Source: Gemmata obscuriglobus
Lineage (GTDB): Bacteria > Planctomycetota > Planctomycetia > Gemmatales > Gemmataceae
DNA length: 32,000 nt
Assembly (NCBI RefSeq): GCF_008065095.1
Contig: NZ_CP042911.1
Coordinates: 1,350,001-1,382,000 of the forward strand
Direction: 5' to 3'
The first letter of the stretch is position 1; each line of letters starts with the position of its first letter. The translations under genes were made by a program, and so were the position numbers. Below are positions 7,627-16,540 of the stretch, one piece after another. The notes under the pieces are model-generated. The model was not told the DNA's origin. It worked only from the letters and a program-made list of their open reading frames with translations, and made no database searches.

Positions 7627-7984
7627 TCGCTTACCACCGCGGTTCGGGGCGACACGCCGAGCGCCGCGCCTCCGCGGAGCCCGTGCCACCGATGCGGGCG
7701 GGCGGAGCACCACCGACCCCGCGCGCCGTGTCGCGGCACGCCGGAGACCACCCACCACCGCAACTCGCGGCGGTGAGCCGCGCCCGCCACCCACGGGCCA
7801 CACGCGGAGCACCACCGAGCCGACCCGTCGTGTCCCCACCCGCATCCGGCCACGCCCAACCGCACCTCGCGGCGACGAGCCGCGCCCGCCCCGATTGGCA
7901 CCACGCGAAGCCCGACACGCGGGGTTCACCCACGCGGACCACACGCTCACCGCCGCCGCACGCGCGATCAAGCGACCTCTGGGT
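7627..7984 (-). repeat. ORF-less R-type cassette (2 modules)
   Basis: 358 bp; conserved head/tail and module hairpins. Confidence 0.7.
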
Positions 7985-8075
7985 GCCGAACAACAAGCTC
8001 ACCTGCACCGCCACCATCGGATGAGCGATGCGTCACAAACTAGCGGGCGGTGTCAGGTGCAGCGCCGGGTTCGGC
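7985..8075 (-). repeat. attC: integron attC site
   Basis: R boxes + bulged L stem; 91 bp. Confidence 0.85.
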
Positions 8076-8432
8076 TCGCTGCCGTCCGCGGTTCGGGGTC
8101 GCACGTCCGCGCCGCGCATCCGCGGAAGCCCGTGCCACCGATGCGGGCGAGCGGAGCGCCACCGACCCGATGCACCGTGTCCCGGCCCACCGGAGGCCAC
8201 GCCCAATCGCACCTCGCGGCGACGAGCCGCGCCGGCCGCCCACGGGCACCACGCGGAGCACCACCGACACGAAACGCCGTGTCCCATGACACCGCCGGCC
8301 ACGCCCAACCGCACCTCGCGGCGATGAGCCGCGCCACACGCCCACGGGCACCACGCGGAGCCCGACACGCGCCGTTCACCCACGCGGACCACACGCACGG
8401 CACCGCCGCACGCGCGATCGAGCAACTCGGGT
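8076..8432 (-). repeat. ORF-less R-type cassette (2 modules)
   Basis: 357 bp; conserved head/tail and module hairpins. Confidence 0.7.
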
Positions 8433-8523
8433 GCCGAACATAAAGCTCACCTGCACCGCCATCATCGGATCAGCGATGCGTTCCGAATCAGCCGGCGGTG
8501 TCAGGTGCAGCGCCGGGTTCGGC
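8433..8523 (-). repeat. attC: integron attC site
   Basis: R boxes + bulged L stem; 91 bp. Confidence 0.85.
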
Positions 8524-8528
8524 GTGCC

Positions 8529-8933
8529 TTATTGGGCGTCGCGGGCCTCCTGCCGCAGCTCCGCCAGATACACCTCGAAGCTGCCGTACCGCTCCTCGAC
8601 CTCGTGGGCCTCGTGTTGGTAGAACCCGACACCCCACATGGCACCACCGCGGTCCACGAACCAGTAGTCCCCAGCCCCGTTGGTGCCGACGACGAGGTAG
8701 CTCGCTGGCCACGGCTCCTCGTCCTCACCAACGGTCATCCAGGCCGCCCGCTGCCGCGCCGCCAAATTCTCTCGGATGATGGCATCCGCGTCGGTCCACA
8801 GCACAGCGCGTTGCGGGAGGGTCGCCTTGATCCGGCGAACTTCGTCAGCGTGGCGGCGGAGGAAGTCGCGGTACTCGCCGGGCAGCGGATGGCCGAGCGC
8901 CGACTCGATCCGGGCAACCTCGGCTTCGCCCAT
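8529..8933 (-). CDS. SMI1/KNR4 (SUKH-1) family cassette protein (134 aa)
   Basis: N-terminus ...IESALGHPLPGEYRDFLRRH... and GTNGAGDYWFVD core typical of SMI1/KNR4; ATG 8933; own stop. Confidence 0.8.
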   Translation of the reverse strand: MGEAEVARIESALGHPLPGEYRDFLRRHADEVRRIKATLPQRAVLWTDADAIIRENLAARQRAAWMTVGEDEEPWPASYLVVGTNGAGDYWFVDRGGAMWGVGFYQHEAHEVEERYGSFEVYLAELRQEARDAQ

Positions 8934-8950
8934 CCGAGAGCCCTCCGGGT

Positions 8951-9041
8951 GCCGAACGAACAGCTCACCTGCACCGCCATCATCGGATGAGCGGTGCGTC
9001 CCGAATCAGCGGGCGGTGTCAGGTGCAGCGCCGGGTTCGGC
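8951..9041 (-). repeat. attC: integron attC site
   Basis: R boxes + bulged L stem; 91 bp. Confidence 0.85.
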
Positions 9042-9398
9042 TCGCTCACGTCCGCGGTTCCGGGCCACACGCGGAGCGCCGCGCATCCGCGGAGCCCGCG
9101 GCCCCGATGCGGCCGAGCGGAGCACCACCGACACGCACCGCCGTGTCGCGGCTCATCGGAGGCCGCCCACCACGGCACCTCGCGGCGACGAGCCGCGCCG
9201 GCCACCCACGGGCACCACGCGGAGCACCACCGAGCCGACCCGCCGTGTCCCTATCCGCACCCGGCCACGCTCACCGCAAGCTCGCGGCGACGAGCCGCGA
9301 CAGACACGACCGGCACCCCGCGGAGCCCGGCGCGCGGGCGTCACCCACGCGGACCACACCGTCAGCGCCGCCGCACCCGCGATCGAGCGCCTCTGTGT
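9042..9398 (-). repeat. ORF-less R-type cassette (2 modules)
   Basis: 357 bp; conserved head/tail and module hairpins. Confidence 0.7.
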
Positions 9399-9489
9399 GC
9401 CGAACAAAGAGCTCACCTGCACCGCCCTCACCGGATGAGCGGTGCGTCCCAAGTCAGCGGGCGGTGTCAGGTGCAGCGCCGGGTTCGGC
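9399..9489 (-). repeat. attC: integron attC site
   Basis: R boxes + bulged L stem; 91 bp. Confidence 0.85.
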
Positions 9490-9738
9490 GGGTACGATCT
9501 CGGCCGCGCGGAGCACCCGGATCGCGACGACGGTGGCGTAGTACAGGGCCGAGTCGCTGATCCGCTCGACGTACCCGCACGGCTCGCAGACGATCACGAA
9601 GCTGTCAGGACGCGAGTACTGGTGACCGCGCTGCGCCGCCCGGTGAGCCATGTCCATTAGCGTCTTGACCGCTCCGCACTCGTCGCATCGGCCCAGACGC
9701 TCGACTTCCGGGGACACCCGTGTAGGAGGCTCGTCCAT
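9454..9738 (-). CDS. small CxxC...CxxC zinc-ribbon-like cassette protein (94 aa)
   Basis: ATG 9738; CDEC and CEPC pairs; ends in attC (AEPGAAPDTAR). Confidence 0.6.
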   Translation of the reverse strand: MDEPPTRVSPEVERLGRCDECGAVKTLMDMAHRAAQRGHQYSRPDSFVIVCEPCGYVERISDSALYYATVVAIRVLRAAEIVPAEPGAAPDTAR

Positions 9739-9756
9739 CCTGTCACGCCTCTGTGT

Positions 9757-9847
9757 GCCGAACGAACAGCTCACCTGCACCGCCATCACCGGATGAGCGG
9801 TGCGTCCCAAACCCGATGGCGGTGTCAGGTGCAGCGCCGGGTTCGGC
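9757..9847 (-). repeat. attC: integron attC site
   Basis: R boxes + bulged L stem; 91 bp; identical to 17803-17893. Confidence 0.85.
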
Positions 9848-9849
9848 TT

Positions 9850-10263
9850 CTATCGAGCTGCTGGGAAGTCCGAAAACGAAGCCGTCACGAACACCAGCGC
9901 GCCGTCCGCGGTTGAGCGGAAGCCCAGCAGCATCGTACCCGTTGGCGTGTCAATTACGCCCAGGTGGTACACCAGTTCCTCGGAAAGCAGGTGATAACCA
10001 CTGGCCCCATTCCGGACGACCGACACACGGTACCCACCGACCAGAGCCGGCTGATGTCGGAGGAGCCAATCGACTGTTCCCGCGTCCCCGCGGAGCAGCG
10101 GCTCGACGGCCAGCGCGGTGCGATCGGACGCGACAACCGCAGCGGCCACGCGCTCTGTTGCCGCGATGGCTTCAGGTGGGGCGGCGGAGCGCTGACGAAC
10201 CGCCACGACGGCCACGACCGAGAGGGTGGTGGCAACCGCCAGGACCGCGACGCGGGATCGCAT
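9850..10263 (-). CDS. exported or membrane-anchored cassette protein (137 aa)
   Basis: MRSRVAVLAVATTLSVVAVVAV signal/TM segment; ATG 10263 after AGAGGG; own stop; identical copy 17896-18309. Confidence 0.7.
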   Translation of the reverse strand: MRSRVAVLAVATTLSVVAVVAVRQRSAAPPEAIAATERVAAAVVASDRTALAVEPLLRGDAGTVDWLLRHQPALVGGYRVSVVRNGASGYHLLSEELVYHLGVIDTPTGTMLLGFRSTADGALVFVTASFSDFPAAR

Positions 10264-10281
10264 TCTTGCGCCCTCTGGGTT

Positions 10282-10372
10282 GCCGAACATAAAGCTCACC
10301 TGCACCGCCATCACCGGATGAGCGGTGCGTCCCAGAACAGATGGCGGTGTCAGGTGCAGCGCCGGGTTCGGC
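10282..10372 (-). repeat. attC: integron attC site
   Basis: R boxes + bulged L stem; 91 bp. Confidence 0.85.
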
Positions 10373-10708
10373 TTCTGCGCTGGGATGTGCGGTTCCGCGG
10401 AGCCCGCGCCCGCGTCGCGGTTCCGCGGAGCCACCACCGACCTGCACCACCGTGCCGCGGCACACCGGGGGCCACCCACCACCGCACCTCGCGGCGGTGA
10501 GCCGCGCCAGACACCCACGGGCCACACGCGGAGCACCACCGACCCGCACCACCGTGTCCCACGGCACCACCAGCCACGCCCACCCGCACCTCGCGGCGGC
10601 GAGCCGCGCCCGTCCCGATCGGCACCACGCGGAGCACGGCACGCGGGGTTCACCCATGCGGACCACACGCCCACCACCGCCGCACGCGCGATCGAGCGCC
10701 CTCGGGTG
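10373..10708 (-). repeat. ORF-less R-type cassette (2 modules)
   Basis: 336 bp; conserved head/tail and module hairpins. Confidence 0.7.
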
Positions 10709-10799
10709 GCCGAACATAAAGCTCACCTGCACCGCCATCACCCGATGAGCGATGCGTCACAACTCCGCGGGCGGTGTCAGGTGCAGCGCCGGGTTCGGC
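10709..10799 (-). repeat. attC: integron attC site
   Basis: R boxes + bulged L stem; 91 bp. Confidence 0.85.
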
Positions 10800-10845
10800 T
10801 TCTGCGACCCCCGCGCCGTGCATTTGCGGGGCGGGGCCAGCCGGC

Positions 10846-11100
10846 CTACAAGGATGGACGCGGCGGGTCGGGCCAGTTGGCCTCAGACTCGCACTCACGC
10901 TGGTACTCCCGCCACGACCGCAACCCTTGGGCCCGCCGCTTGGCGTTGCCCTTGCGCCGCCGCCGCTCCTCGCACCGCTTGGTGAACTCGTCGTGCCAGC
11001 GGTACTCGTACATCACGTTCGCCGACCGGACGTACTTGCGGAACCTCCGCAGGGCCGACGTGAGCGACTCGCCCTCGCAGACCTCCACTCGGACACCCAT
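10846..11100 (-). CDS. rpsU: ribosomal protein bS21-like paralog carried as an integron cassette (84 aa)
   Basis: MGVRVEVCEGESLTSALRRFRKYVRSANVMYEYRWHDEFTKRCEERRRRKGNAKRRAQ matches the S21 pattern V.V.E.E....ALRRF.K......V..E.R....F.K..E.RR.K...A.RR. Confidence 0.7.
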   Translation of the reverse strand: MGVRVEVCEGESLTSALRRFRKYVRSANVMYEYRWHDEFTKRCEERRRRKGNAKRRAQGLRSWREYQRECESEANWPDPPRPSL

Positions 11101-11152
11101 CGCTATGCGGCTTGTACGGCTGCCGCGACGCCGGTTGAAAGAGCTTTCTGGG

Positions 11153-11243
11153 GCCGAACGAACAGCTCACCTGCACCGCCACAATGCAGGCCGCAATGCG
11201 TCCCAGATCCGATGGCGGTGTCAGGTGCAGCGCCGGGTTCGGC
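11153..11243 (-). repeat. attC: integron attC site
   Basis: R boxes + bulged L stem; 91 bp. Confidence 0.85.
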
Positions 11244-11251
11244 CTCTGAGC

Positions 11252-11764
11252 CTACGCGGTCGGGAACCACGGCACCCCAGCGACTCGTGACCGCCGGCCC
11301 TTGCCCCCGGTCGCGACCAGCTCGAGCCGGAAGTGTGGCGTCTCCTGGTGAAACACGACCTCGCTCTCGGCCAGCCCGGGGTCGTACAGCTGCACCACCC
11401 GGCAGTCGTACCACCCCGGCTCGACTGCCACCGCCCATGCCTCAGTTCCCGCCCGGGGAAGCCGCACGTCGCGGAACTGAGCAGCCACCGTCAACTCGTC
11501 GTAGCTGGTCAGGTGCAGTTGCCCCGTCGTGGCCCGGACCCGGCCGGCGCACTCCCGGAACCCGCCGCCGGCGCGGTCGCGGATTACCTCGACTCGCCAG
11601 TTTCCGGACGCCCCGGTGCCCCAGGCGAGCATCGTACCACGGGCTATCTCGGCGGCGAAGTGCTCCCGAATCGCGTCAAGGGTCCAATCCGGGGCAACGA
11701 ACGTGCGGTAGGCGGCGAGGTCCACCACGGCGATCAAGTATTCAGCCGGCACCACCGTCCCCAT
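11252..11764 (-). CDS. hypothetical cassette protein (170 aa)
   Basis: ATG 11764, 18 nt from attC; own stop; balanced composition. Confidence 0.7.
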   Translation of the reverse strand: MGTVVPAEYLIAVVDLAAYRTFVAPDWTLDAIREHFAAEIARGTMLAWGTGASGNWRVEVIRDRAGGGFRECAGRVRATTGQLHLTSYDELTVAAQFRDVRLPRAGTEAWAVAVEPGWYDCRVVQLYDPGLAESEVVFHQETPHFRLELVATGGKGRRSRVAGVPWFPTA

Positions 11765-11782
11765 TCCGCGCGCCCTTGGGTT

Positions 11783-11873
11783 GCCGAACATAAAGCTCAC
11801 CTGCACCGCCATCACCGGATGAGCGGTGCGTCACAAGTCAGCGGGCGGTGTCAGGTGCAGCGCCGGGTTCGGC
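11783..11873 (-). repeat. attC: integron attC site
   Basis: R boxes + bulged L stem; 91 bp; identical to 24118-24208. Confidence 0.85.
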
Positions 11874-12231
11874 TCGCACGCCTCCGCGGTTCCGGGCGAC
11901 ACGCCCCGCGCCGCGCATCCGCGGAAGCCCGCCCACCGTCGCGGCCGAGCGGAGCACCACCGACCCACCCGCCGTGTCCCGGCCCACCGGAGGCCGGCAC
12001 CAACCGCACCTGGCGGCGACGAGCCGCGCCAACCACCAGCGGGCCACACGCGGAGCACCACCGACCCGCACCACCGTGTCCCCACGCGCCGCCGGCCACG
12101 CCCAACCGCCACTCGCGGCGACGAGCCGCGCCACACACCCACGGGCACCACGCGGAGCCCGACGCGCGAGGTTCACCCACGCGGGCCACACGCCCACCAC
12201 CGCCGCCCGCGCGATCGAGCGCCCTCGGGTG
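11874..12231 (-). repeat. ORF-less R-type cassette (2 modules)
   Basis: 358 bp; first ~75 nt identical to 24209-24283, then diverges. Confidence 0.7.
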
Positions 12232-12322
12232 GCCGAACATAAAGCTCACCTGCACCGCCATGATACAGTGAGCGGTGCGTCCCGAATCAGATGGCGGTGT
12301 CAGGTGCAGCGCCGGGTTCGGC
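12232..12322 (-). repeat. attC: integron attC site
   Basis: R boxes + bulged L stem; 91 bp. Confidence 0.85.
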
Positions 12323-12680
12323 TCGCTTACCTCGGCGGTTCCGGGCCTCACGCTGAGCGCCGCGCATCCGCTGTGCGCGTGCCACCAATGCGAGCGTGCG
12401 GAGCACCACCGATCCGACGTACCGTGCCGCGGCCCACCGGAGGCCGGCACCAACCGCCACCCGCGGCGACGAGCCGCGCCAGCCCTGATCGGCACCACGC
12501 GGAGCCCCACCGACTCGCGCCACCGTGTCCCCACTCACTGCCCGCCACGCCCAACCGCACCTCGCGGCGATGAGCCGCGCCGGCCACTCGCGGGCACCAC
12601 GCGGAGCCCGACACGCACTGTTCACCTTTGCGGACCATACGTTCAGCGCCGCCGCACGCGCGATCGAGCGCCTTGGGGTT
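12323..12680 (-). repeat. ORF-less R-type cassette (2 modules)
   Basis: 358 bp; last ~60 nt identical to the tail of 6204-6662. Confidence 0.7.
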
Positions 12681-12771
12681 GCCGAACGAACAGCTCACCT
12701 GCACCGCCATCACACGATGAGCGGTGCGTCACAATACAGCGGGCGGTGTCAGGTGCAGCGCCGGGTTCGGC
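12681..12771 (-). repeat. attC: integron attC site
   Basis: R boxes + bulged L stem; 91 bp. Confidence 0.85.
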
Positions 12772-13127
12772 TCGCTGCCGTCCGCGGTTCCGGGCGACAC
12801 GCCGAGCGCCGCGCATCTGCGGATGCCCGCGGCACCGGTGCGACCGGGCGGAGTGCTACCGACTCGATGCGCCGTGTCCCGGCCCATCGAGGGCCACGCC
12901 CACCGCTACACGCGGCGACGAGCCGCGCCCCTACCCACGGGCACCACGCGGAGCGCCACCGACCCGAACCGCCGTGTCCCCACACACCGCCGGCCACGCC
13001 CAACCGCACCTCGCGGCGACGAGCCGCGCCAGCACCGACCGGCACCACGCGAAGCCCGACACGCGAGACTCACCACCGCGGACCACACGCTCAGCGCCGC
13101 CGCACGCGCCCTCATGCCCTCGGGGTT
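12772..13127 (-). repeat. ORF-less R-type cassette (2 modules), copy 2 of 3
   Basis: 356 bp; same as 6754-7109. Confidence 0.7.
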
Positions 13128-13218
13128 GCCGAACAACAAGCTCACCTGCACCGCCATGCCTCAGTTACCTTCGGGCTACGGACCAGATGGCGGTGTCAGG
13201 TGCAGCGCCGGGTTCGGC
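13128..13218 (-). repeat. attC: integron attC site
   Basis: R boxes + bulged L stem; 91 bp. Confidence 0.85.
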
Positions 13219-13323
13219 TCTTGGAGAAAATGATGGGCACCGTATTAGGAACCGCCAGTGTGACCATCACGGGCGCGGCTGCTGAGTTGCTGTTACGGCA
13301 CTACGCCGTTTCCGGGGCTCCAA

Positions 13324-13662
13324 TTAAAGTCCGCGTAGGACATCCTCAATTGGGGCAACCTGAGTCTGATAGCCCAGGCGGTACGGGTCAAACGCAACAG
13401 TCTGGGCGATCTTGCGGACCTGCTGGAGCATGACCGCAAACGCGCCCGCGGTTGGTAGCTCGAAGACCTCGCTGACGGCCGCGTACTCGTCTCGGAACTG
13501 CTCTGCGGCCGCGCGGTCTGTGAAAACAGCTACGCCTGATGGCTTGTTCGGATCGCTGAGCGTCACAATGTCGTGGAAGGTTACATTCGGAACCGATAGG
13601 CTCACATCGGTGGTGGCTTCGCGTGCCACAAAGAACAGCGGATATTCCCACTCAAAAGCCAT
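13324..13662 (-). CDS. hypothetical cassette protein (112 aa) in an AT-richer cassette
   Basis: AAGGAG 7 nt upstream of ATG 13662; own stop followed by ~105-nt 3' spacer; local GC ~53-55%. Confidence 0.75.
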   Translation of the reverse strand: MAFEWEYPLFFVAREATTDVSLSVPNVTFHDIVTLSDPNKPSGVAVFTDRAAAEQFRDEYAAVSEVFELPTAGAFAVMLQQVRKIAQTVAFDPYRLGYQTQVAPIEDVLRGL

Positions 13663-13684
13663 CCGCGTTCTCCTTTGCTGCAGT

Positions 13685-13775
13685 GCCGAACATAAAGCTC
13701 ACCTGCACTGCCAGGATCGAGTGAGCAACACAACGCAGATCAGATGGCGGTGTCAGGTGCAGCGCCGGGTTCGGC
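13685..13775 (-). repeat. attC: integron attC site
   Basis: R boxes + bulged L stem; 91 bp. Confidence 0.85.
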
Positions 13776-13991
13776 GCCTCGAGTGTTCCTGACGACACGC
13801 CCGGCCGCGAAGCCACTCGCCCATGCCACGCGGGTTGCGATCAGTGGTGGCATGACGGCCGACACGGCCAGCACCATCAGCGCACCCAACGGCTGCTCGG
13901 ACGCGATCGACCCGGCTACCTGCATCCCGCCGAGCGTGATGAGCGCACCCATCACCACATGCAGGATCGTGAGCGCGGCTTTCTGGGACAC
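13740..13991 (-). CDS. small two-helix membrane cassette protein (83 aa)
   Basis: GGAGG 6 nt upstream of GTG 13991; hydrophobic stretches LTILHVVMGALITLGGMQVAG and LGALMVLAVSAVMPPLIA; ends in attC. Confidence 0.55.
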   Translation of the reverse strand: MSQKAALTILHVVMGALITLGGMQVAGSIASEQPLGALMVLAVSAVMPPLIATRVAWASGFAAGRVVRNTRGAEPGAAPDTAI

Positions 13992-14005
13992 GCGCAACCT
14001 CCGCT

Positions 14006-14096
14006 GCCGAACAAATAGCTCACCTGCACCGCCAGGATCGAATGAGCAATACAACCCAGATCAGATGGCGGTGTCAGGTGCAGCGCCGGGTTCGGC
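14006..14096 (-). repeat. attC: integron attC site
   Basis: R boxes + bulged L stem; 91 bp; identical to 17383-17473. Confidence 0.85.
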
Positions 14097-14102
14097 GTGC
14101 CT

Positions 14103-14408
14103 TTACTCGTCGTGGAACCACCGCCGCTCCTCGGCCGCGTACTCGGCGGCCAGACCGAACTCGGCCGGGCTGTGGCAGTGGTCCCCGAATAGATCGCACA
14201 TGGCGATTCGCCACGCCCCGGCGTGGGTCATCAGGCCCCGCTCGGCCATCGGCTCGTAGTGGAACCGGGCGACCGCCCGCCGCATCGCCTCGCCCGACTC
14301 GACGCCGCCGACCCGGGCCAGCACCCAAGCGTACAGCCGCTGCTCGGCCTCGAGATACGGGACGTACTCCTCGTCCGGCCACCAGTCGTCTGGTTGGGCT
14401 TCCGCCAT
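14103..14408 (-). CDS. hypothetical cassette protein (101 aa)
   Basis: ATG 14408; own stop; acidic Trp-rich protein; identical copy 17480-17785. Confidence 0.7.
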   Translation of the reverse strand: MAEAQPDDWWPDEEYVPYLEAEQRLYAWVLARVGGVESGEAMRRAVARFHYEPMAERGLMTHAGAWRIAMCDLFGDHCHSPAEFGLAAEYAAEERRWFHDE

Positions 14409-14425
14409 CCGCGCGCCCTCGGGTT

Positions 14426-14516
14426 GCCGAACAATAAGCTCACCTGCACCGCCATGATACAGTGAGCGACTCGTCCCGAATCAGGCGGCGGTGTCAGGTG
14501 CAGCGCCGGGTTCGGC
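14426..14516 (-). repeat. attC: integron attC site
   Basis: R boxes + bulged L stem; 91 bp. Confidence 0.85.
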
Positions 14517-14855
14517 CTCCGGGGTGGTGCCGATCAGGACCGTGAGCACCTGCCCGGCGACCCGCCTGAGCGCGGCCAGACCCTCGGCGTGCTGCTTCGG
14601 TGTCGGGGCAGGCCCCACCCCCCAGGGAAGCACGGACCAGCTTGGGACGGCGATCTCCTCCGCGTACCGCCGAGCGGCGACCGCCGCTGCGGCCGGGAGC
14701 CGGCCGACAGCCTCCTCGACCAGGTGGAACGCGCGGACGCGGGCCAGTTCGAGGACGACCAAGGTGCCGAGTTCCTCGGCGGATATCAAGCCCCGCTCGT
14801 GCTGGCGGAACCGGGCGCCGATGAGCCGCGCCAGTGGGTCGTCTTGCGTCGCCAC
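14481..14855 (-). CDS. hypothetical cassette protein (124 aa)
   Basis: GGAGGG 6 nt upstream of GTG 14855; ends in attC (AEPGAAPDTAA). Confidence 0.6.
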   Translation of the reverse strand: MATQDDPLARLIGARFRQHERGLISAEELGTLVVLELARVRAFHLVEEAVGRLPAAAAVAARRYAEEIAVPSWSVLPWGVGPAPTPKQHAEGLAALRRVAGQVLTVLIGTTPEAEPGAAPDTAA

Positions 14856-14871
14856 CGCGAGCCCTCCGGTT

Positions 14872-14962
14872 GCCGAACAAACAGCTCACCTGCACCGCCA
14901 TCACCGGATGAGCGATGCGTCCCGAATCAGACGGCGGTGTCAGGTGCAGCGCCGGGTTCGGC
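14872..14962 (-). repeat. attC: integron attC site
   Basis: R boxes + bulged L stem; 91 bp. Confidence 0.85.
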
Positions 14963-15211
14963 TTGCTCGGCAACCCGCGCCCTGCATTCGGCGAGCGCCC
15001 GGAGCGTGGACTCCCTGGCGAACTCGTTGAAGGACTCCACGCCCAGCCCCCAGTTCTCCAGCGCGACCAAGTTGTCAGGGCGGGTCAGTCGCTCCCAGAC
15101 AGCGTGGACCGCCGGGTTCTGCGACTCCCACGGCAGGCACATGAACTCCCGCAACAGCAGGCGGTCGAGGTCGCACCACAAGGGCAAGAGCGGATTCGCC
15201 GACCTACCCAT
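14927..15211 (-). CDS. hypothetical cassette protein (94 aa)
   Basis: ATG 15211 with GGAG upstream; ends in attC (AEPGAAPDTAV). Confidence 0.6.
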   Translation of the reverse strand: MGRSANPLLPLWCDLDRLLLREFMCLPWESQNPAVHAVWERLTRPDNLVALENWGLGVESFNEFARESTLRALAECRARVAEQAEPGAAPDTAV

Positions 15212-15226
15212 CGGTGCGCTCCGGTG

Positions 15227-15316
15227 GCCGAACAATTAGCTCACCTGCACCGCCATCATCGGATGAGCGGTGCGTCCCAATCAGCCGGCGGTGTCAGGTG
15301 CAGCGCCCGGTTCGGC
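15227..15316 (-). repeat. attC: integron attC site
   Basis: R boxes + bulged L stem; 90 bp; R''-side spacer gcccg instead of gccgg. Confidence 0.85.
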
Positions 15317-15328
15317 GTGCCTTGCGAA

Positions 15329-15874
15329 CTACCAGAACCGCCACCACGGCTTCTTGTCGGCGGCTGGCTGGAGGGCACCCGAACCGTTGCGGTTGCCCGA
15401 CGACGCCCGCTCGGACAGGAGCCGCTGCACTTTGGCCATACCAGCCGGGGTCGGTGCCTCCATGAAGAAAGCCGCCGGCCCCATGACCAAGTTCTCGGGC
15501 TTGGACCCGGCATGCAGCGCGCTGTTGACCGTATTCACATCAGCCGACATGAGAACGAACGACTGAAACCCTGCTGTTCGGGCGTATTGCGGGAGCAATC
15601 GGACCGCTGCCACGTAGTACGGTTGCTCGATCAGTTTGCCAGACTCGATCACCTCTCCGCCCGCATTGAAACACAGATACTCGGTACCGAATTGAACCCC
15701 CATGCCGTCGAGGAATCCTCGCCCCCAAGCAGTCTGGGTGAATTTGTACGCGCGGTCGGCAACCGGGTCTGGGATCCCGGTGGCGGCCATCGCAGCGTAG
15801 ATGTCATCCTCGGTGAACTCGGTTCGCGCGGCGATGATCTCTGCGAGCCGGGTAACCGCTGCTTCTGGTGCCAC
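15329..15874 (-). CDS. hypothetical cassette protein (181 aa)
   Basis: GGAGG 7 nt upstream of GTG 15874; own stop; normal composition, slightly lower GC. Confidence 0.7.
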   Translation of the reverse strand: MAPEAAVTRLAEIIAARTEFTEDDIYAAMAATGIPDPVADRAYKFTQTAWGRGFLDGMGVQFGTEYLCFNAGGEVIESGKLIEQPYYVAAVRLLPQYARTAGFQSFVLMSADVNTVNSALHAGSKPENLVMGPAAFFMEAPTPAGMAKVQRLLSERASSGNRNGSGALQPAADKKPWWRFW

Positions 15875-15895
15875 CAAAACGCCTCCAATTCTGTA

Positions 15896-15985
15896 GCCGA
15901 ACAAATAGCTCACCGGCCGCGCACGCCGCGACACGGTCTACCGAGTGCGTAGTTTACAGCGGTCCGGTGCAGCGCCGGGTTCGGC
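15896..15985 (-). repeat. attC: integron attC site, L-box variant
   Basis: same R boxes; L arms gctcaccggccgc / gcggtccggtgcagc; central loop ccgcgacacggtc shared with 25014-25104. Confidence 0.8.
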
Positions 15986-15991
15986 GGGCCT

Positions 15992-16432
15992 TTACTCGGC
16001 AGGCGGCTCCCGCCCGGCCGCGACCTCGTCGATAGTGGCGTTGACCCGCCACGCTGCGTCCAAGTCGCAAGCTCGGAGCTGCGGCGGCACATGCCCCCGG
16101 CCGCGGATCCGGGCGACGAGCGCGTCGGGCAACCGCAGCCCGTGCCGCTCGACGTAGTGCGCCAGCGTGTGCGGCCAGAGCCACTCCCCATCCCACCGCC
16201 AGGTCGCATTGTCGGTCAGCGACTCGCCGCACAGCGAACATGGGCAGTAGCTCGGCTGCGTGGACCAGCACACCGGCGTCTGCCGCAGGTACTCCAGCAG
16301 TTCCGCTCGGTCCGCCACCTGCCAGGACGCATCGAGGAGACGACCGAGGGACGGGAACACATCGTCCTGCGTGGACTCCCAGCAGAAGAAGCCGAACCAT
16401 CGGTGGGGCCAGTCCCGCCACAGGTCTGCCAC
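15992..16432 (-). CDS. hypothetical Trp/Cys-rich cassette protein (146 aa)
   Basis: GTG 16432, 18 nt from attC, after AGAGGG; own stop. Confidence 0.7.
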   Translation of the reverse strand: MADLWRDWPHRWFGFFCWESTQDDVFPSLGRLLDASWQVADRAELLEYLRQTPVCWSTQPSYCPCSLCGESLTDNATWRWDGEWLWPHTLAHYVERHGLRLPDALVARIRGRGHVPPQLRACDLDAAWRVNATIDEVAAGREPPAE

Positions 16433-16449
16433 CGCCTAAGCCCTCTCTT

Positions 16450-16540
16450 GCCGAACATAAAGCTCACCTGCACCGCCATCACACGATGAGCGGTGCGCCC
16501 CGGATCAGCGGGCGGTGTCAGGTGCAGCGCCGGGTTCGGC
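16450..16540 (-). repeat. attC: integron attC site
   Basis: R boxes + bulged L stem; 91 bp. Confidence 0.85.

Noticed and set aside
16391-16397. Isolated gccgaac inside ORF 15992-16432, and ccgaac-like strings inside R modules and at 27343-27348, considered as extra recombination sites.
   Set aside because: No partner GTTCGGC arm or L stems nearby. Such 6-7-mers are expected by chance in this composition.
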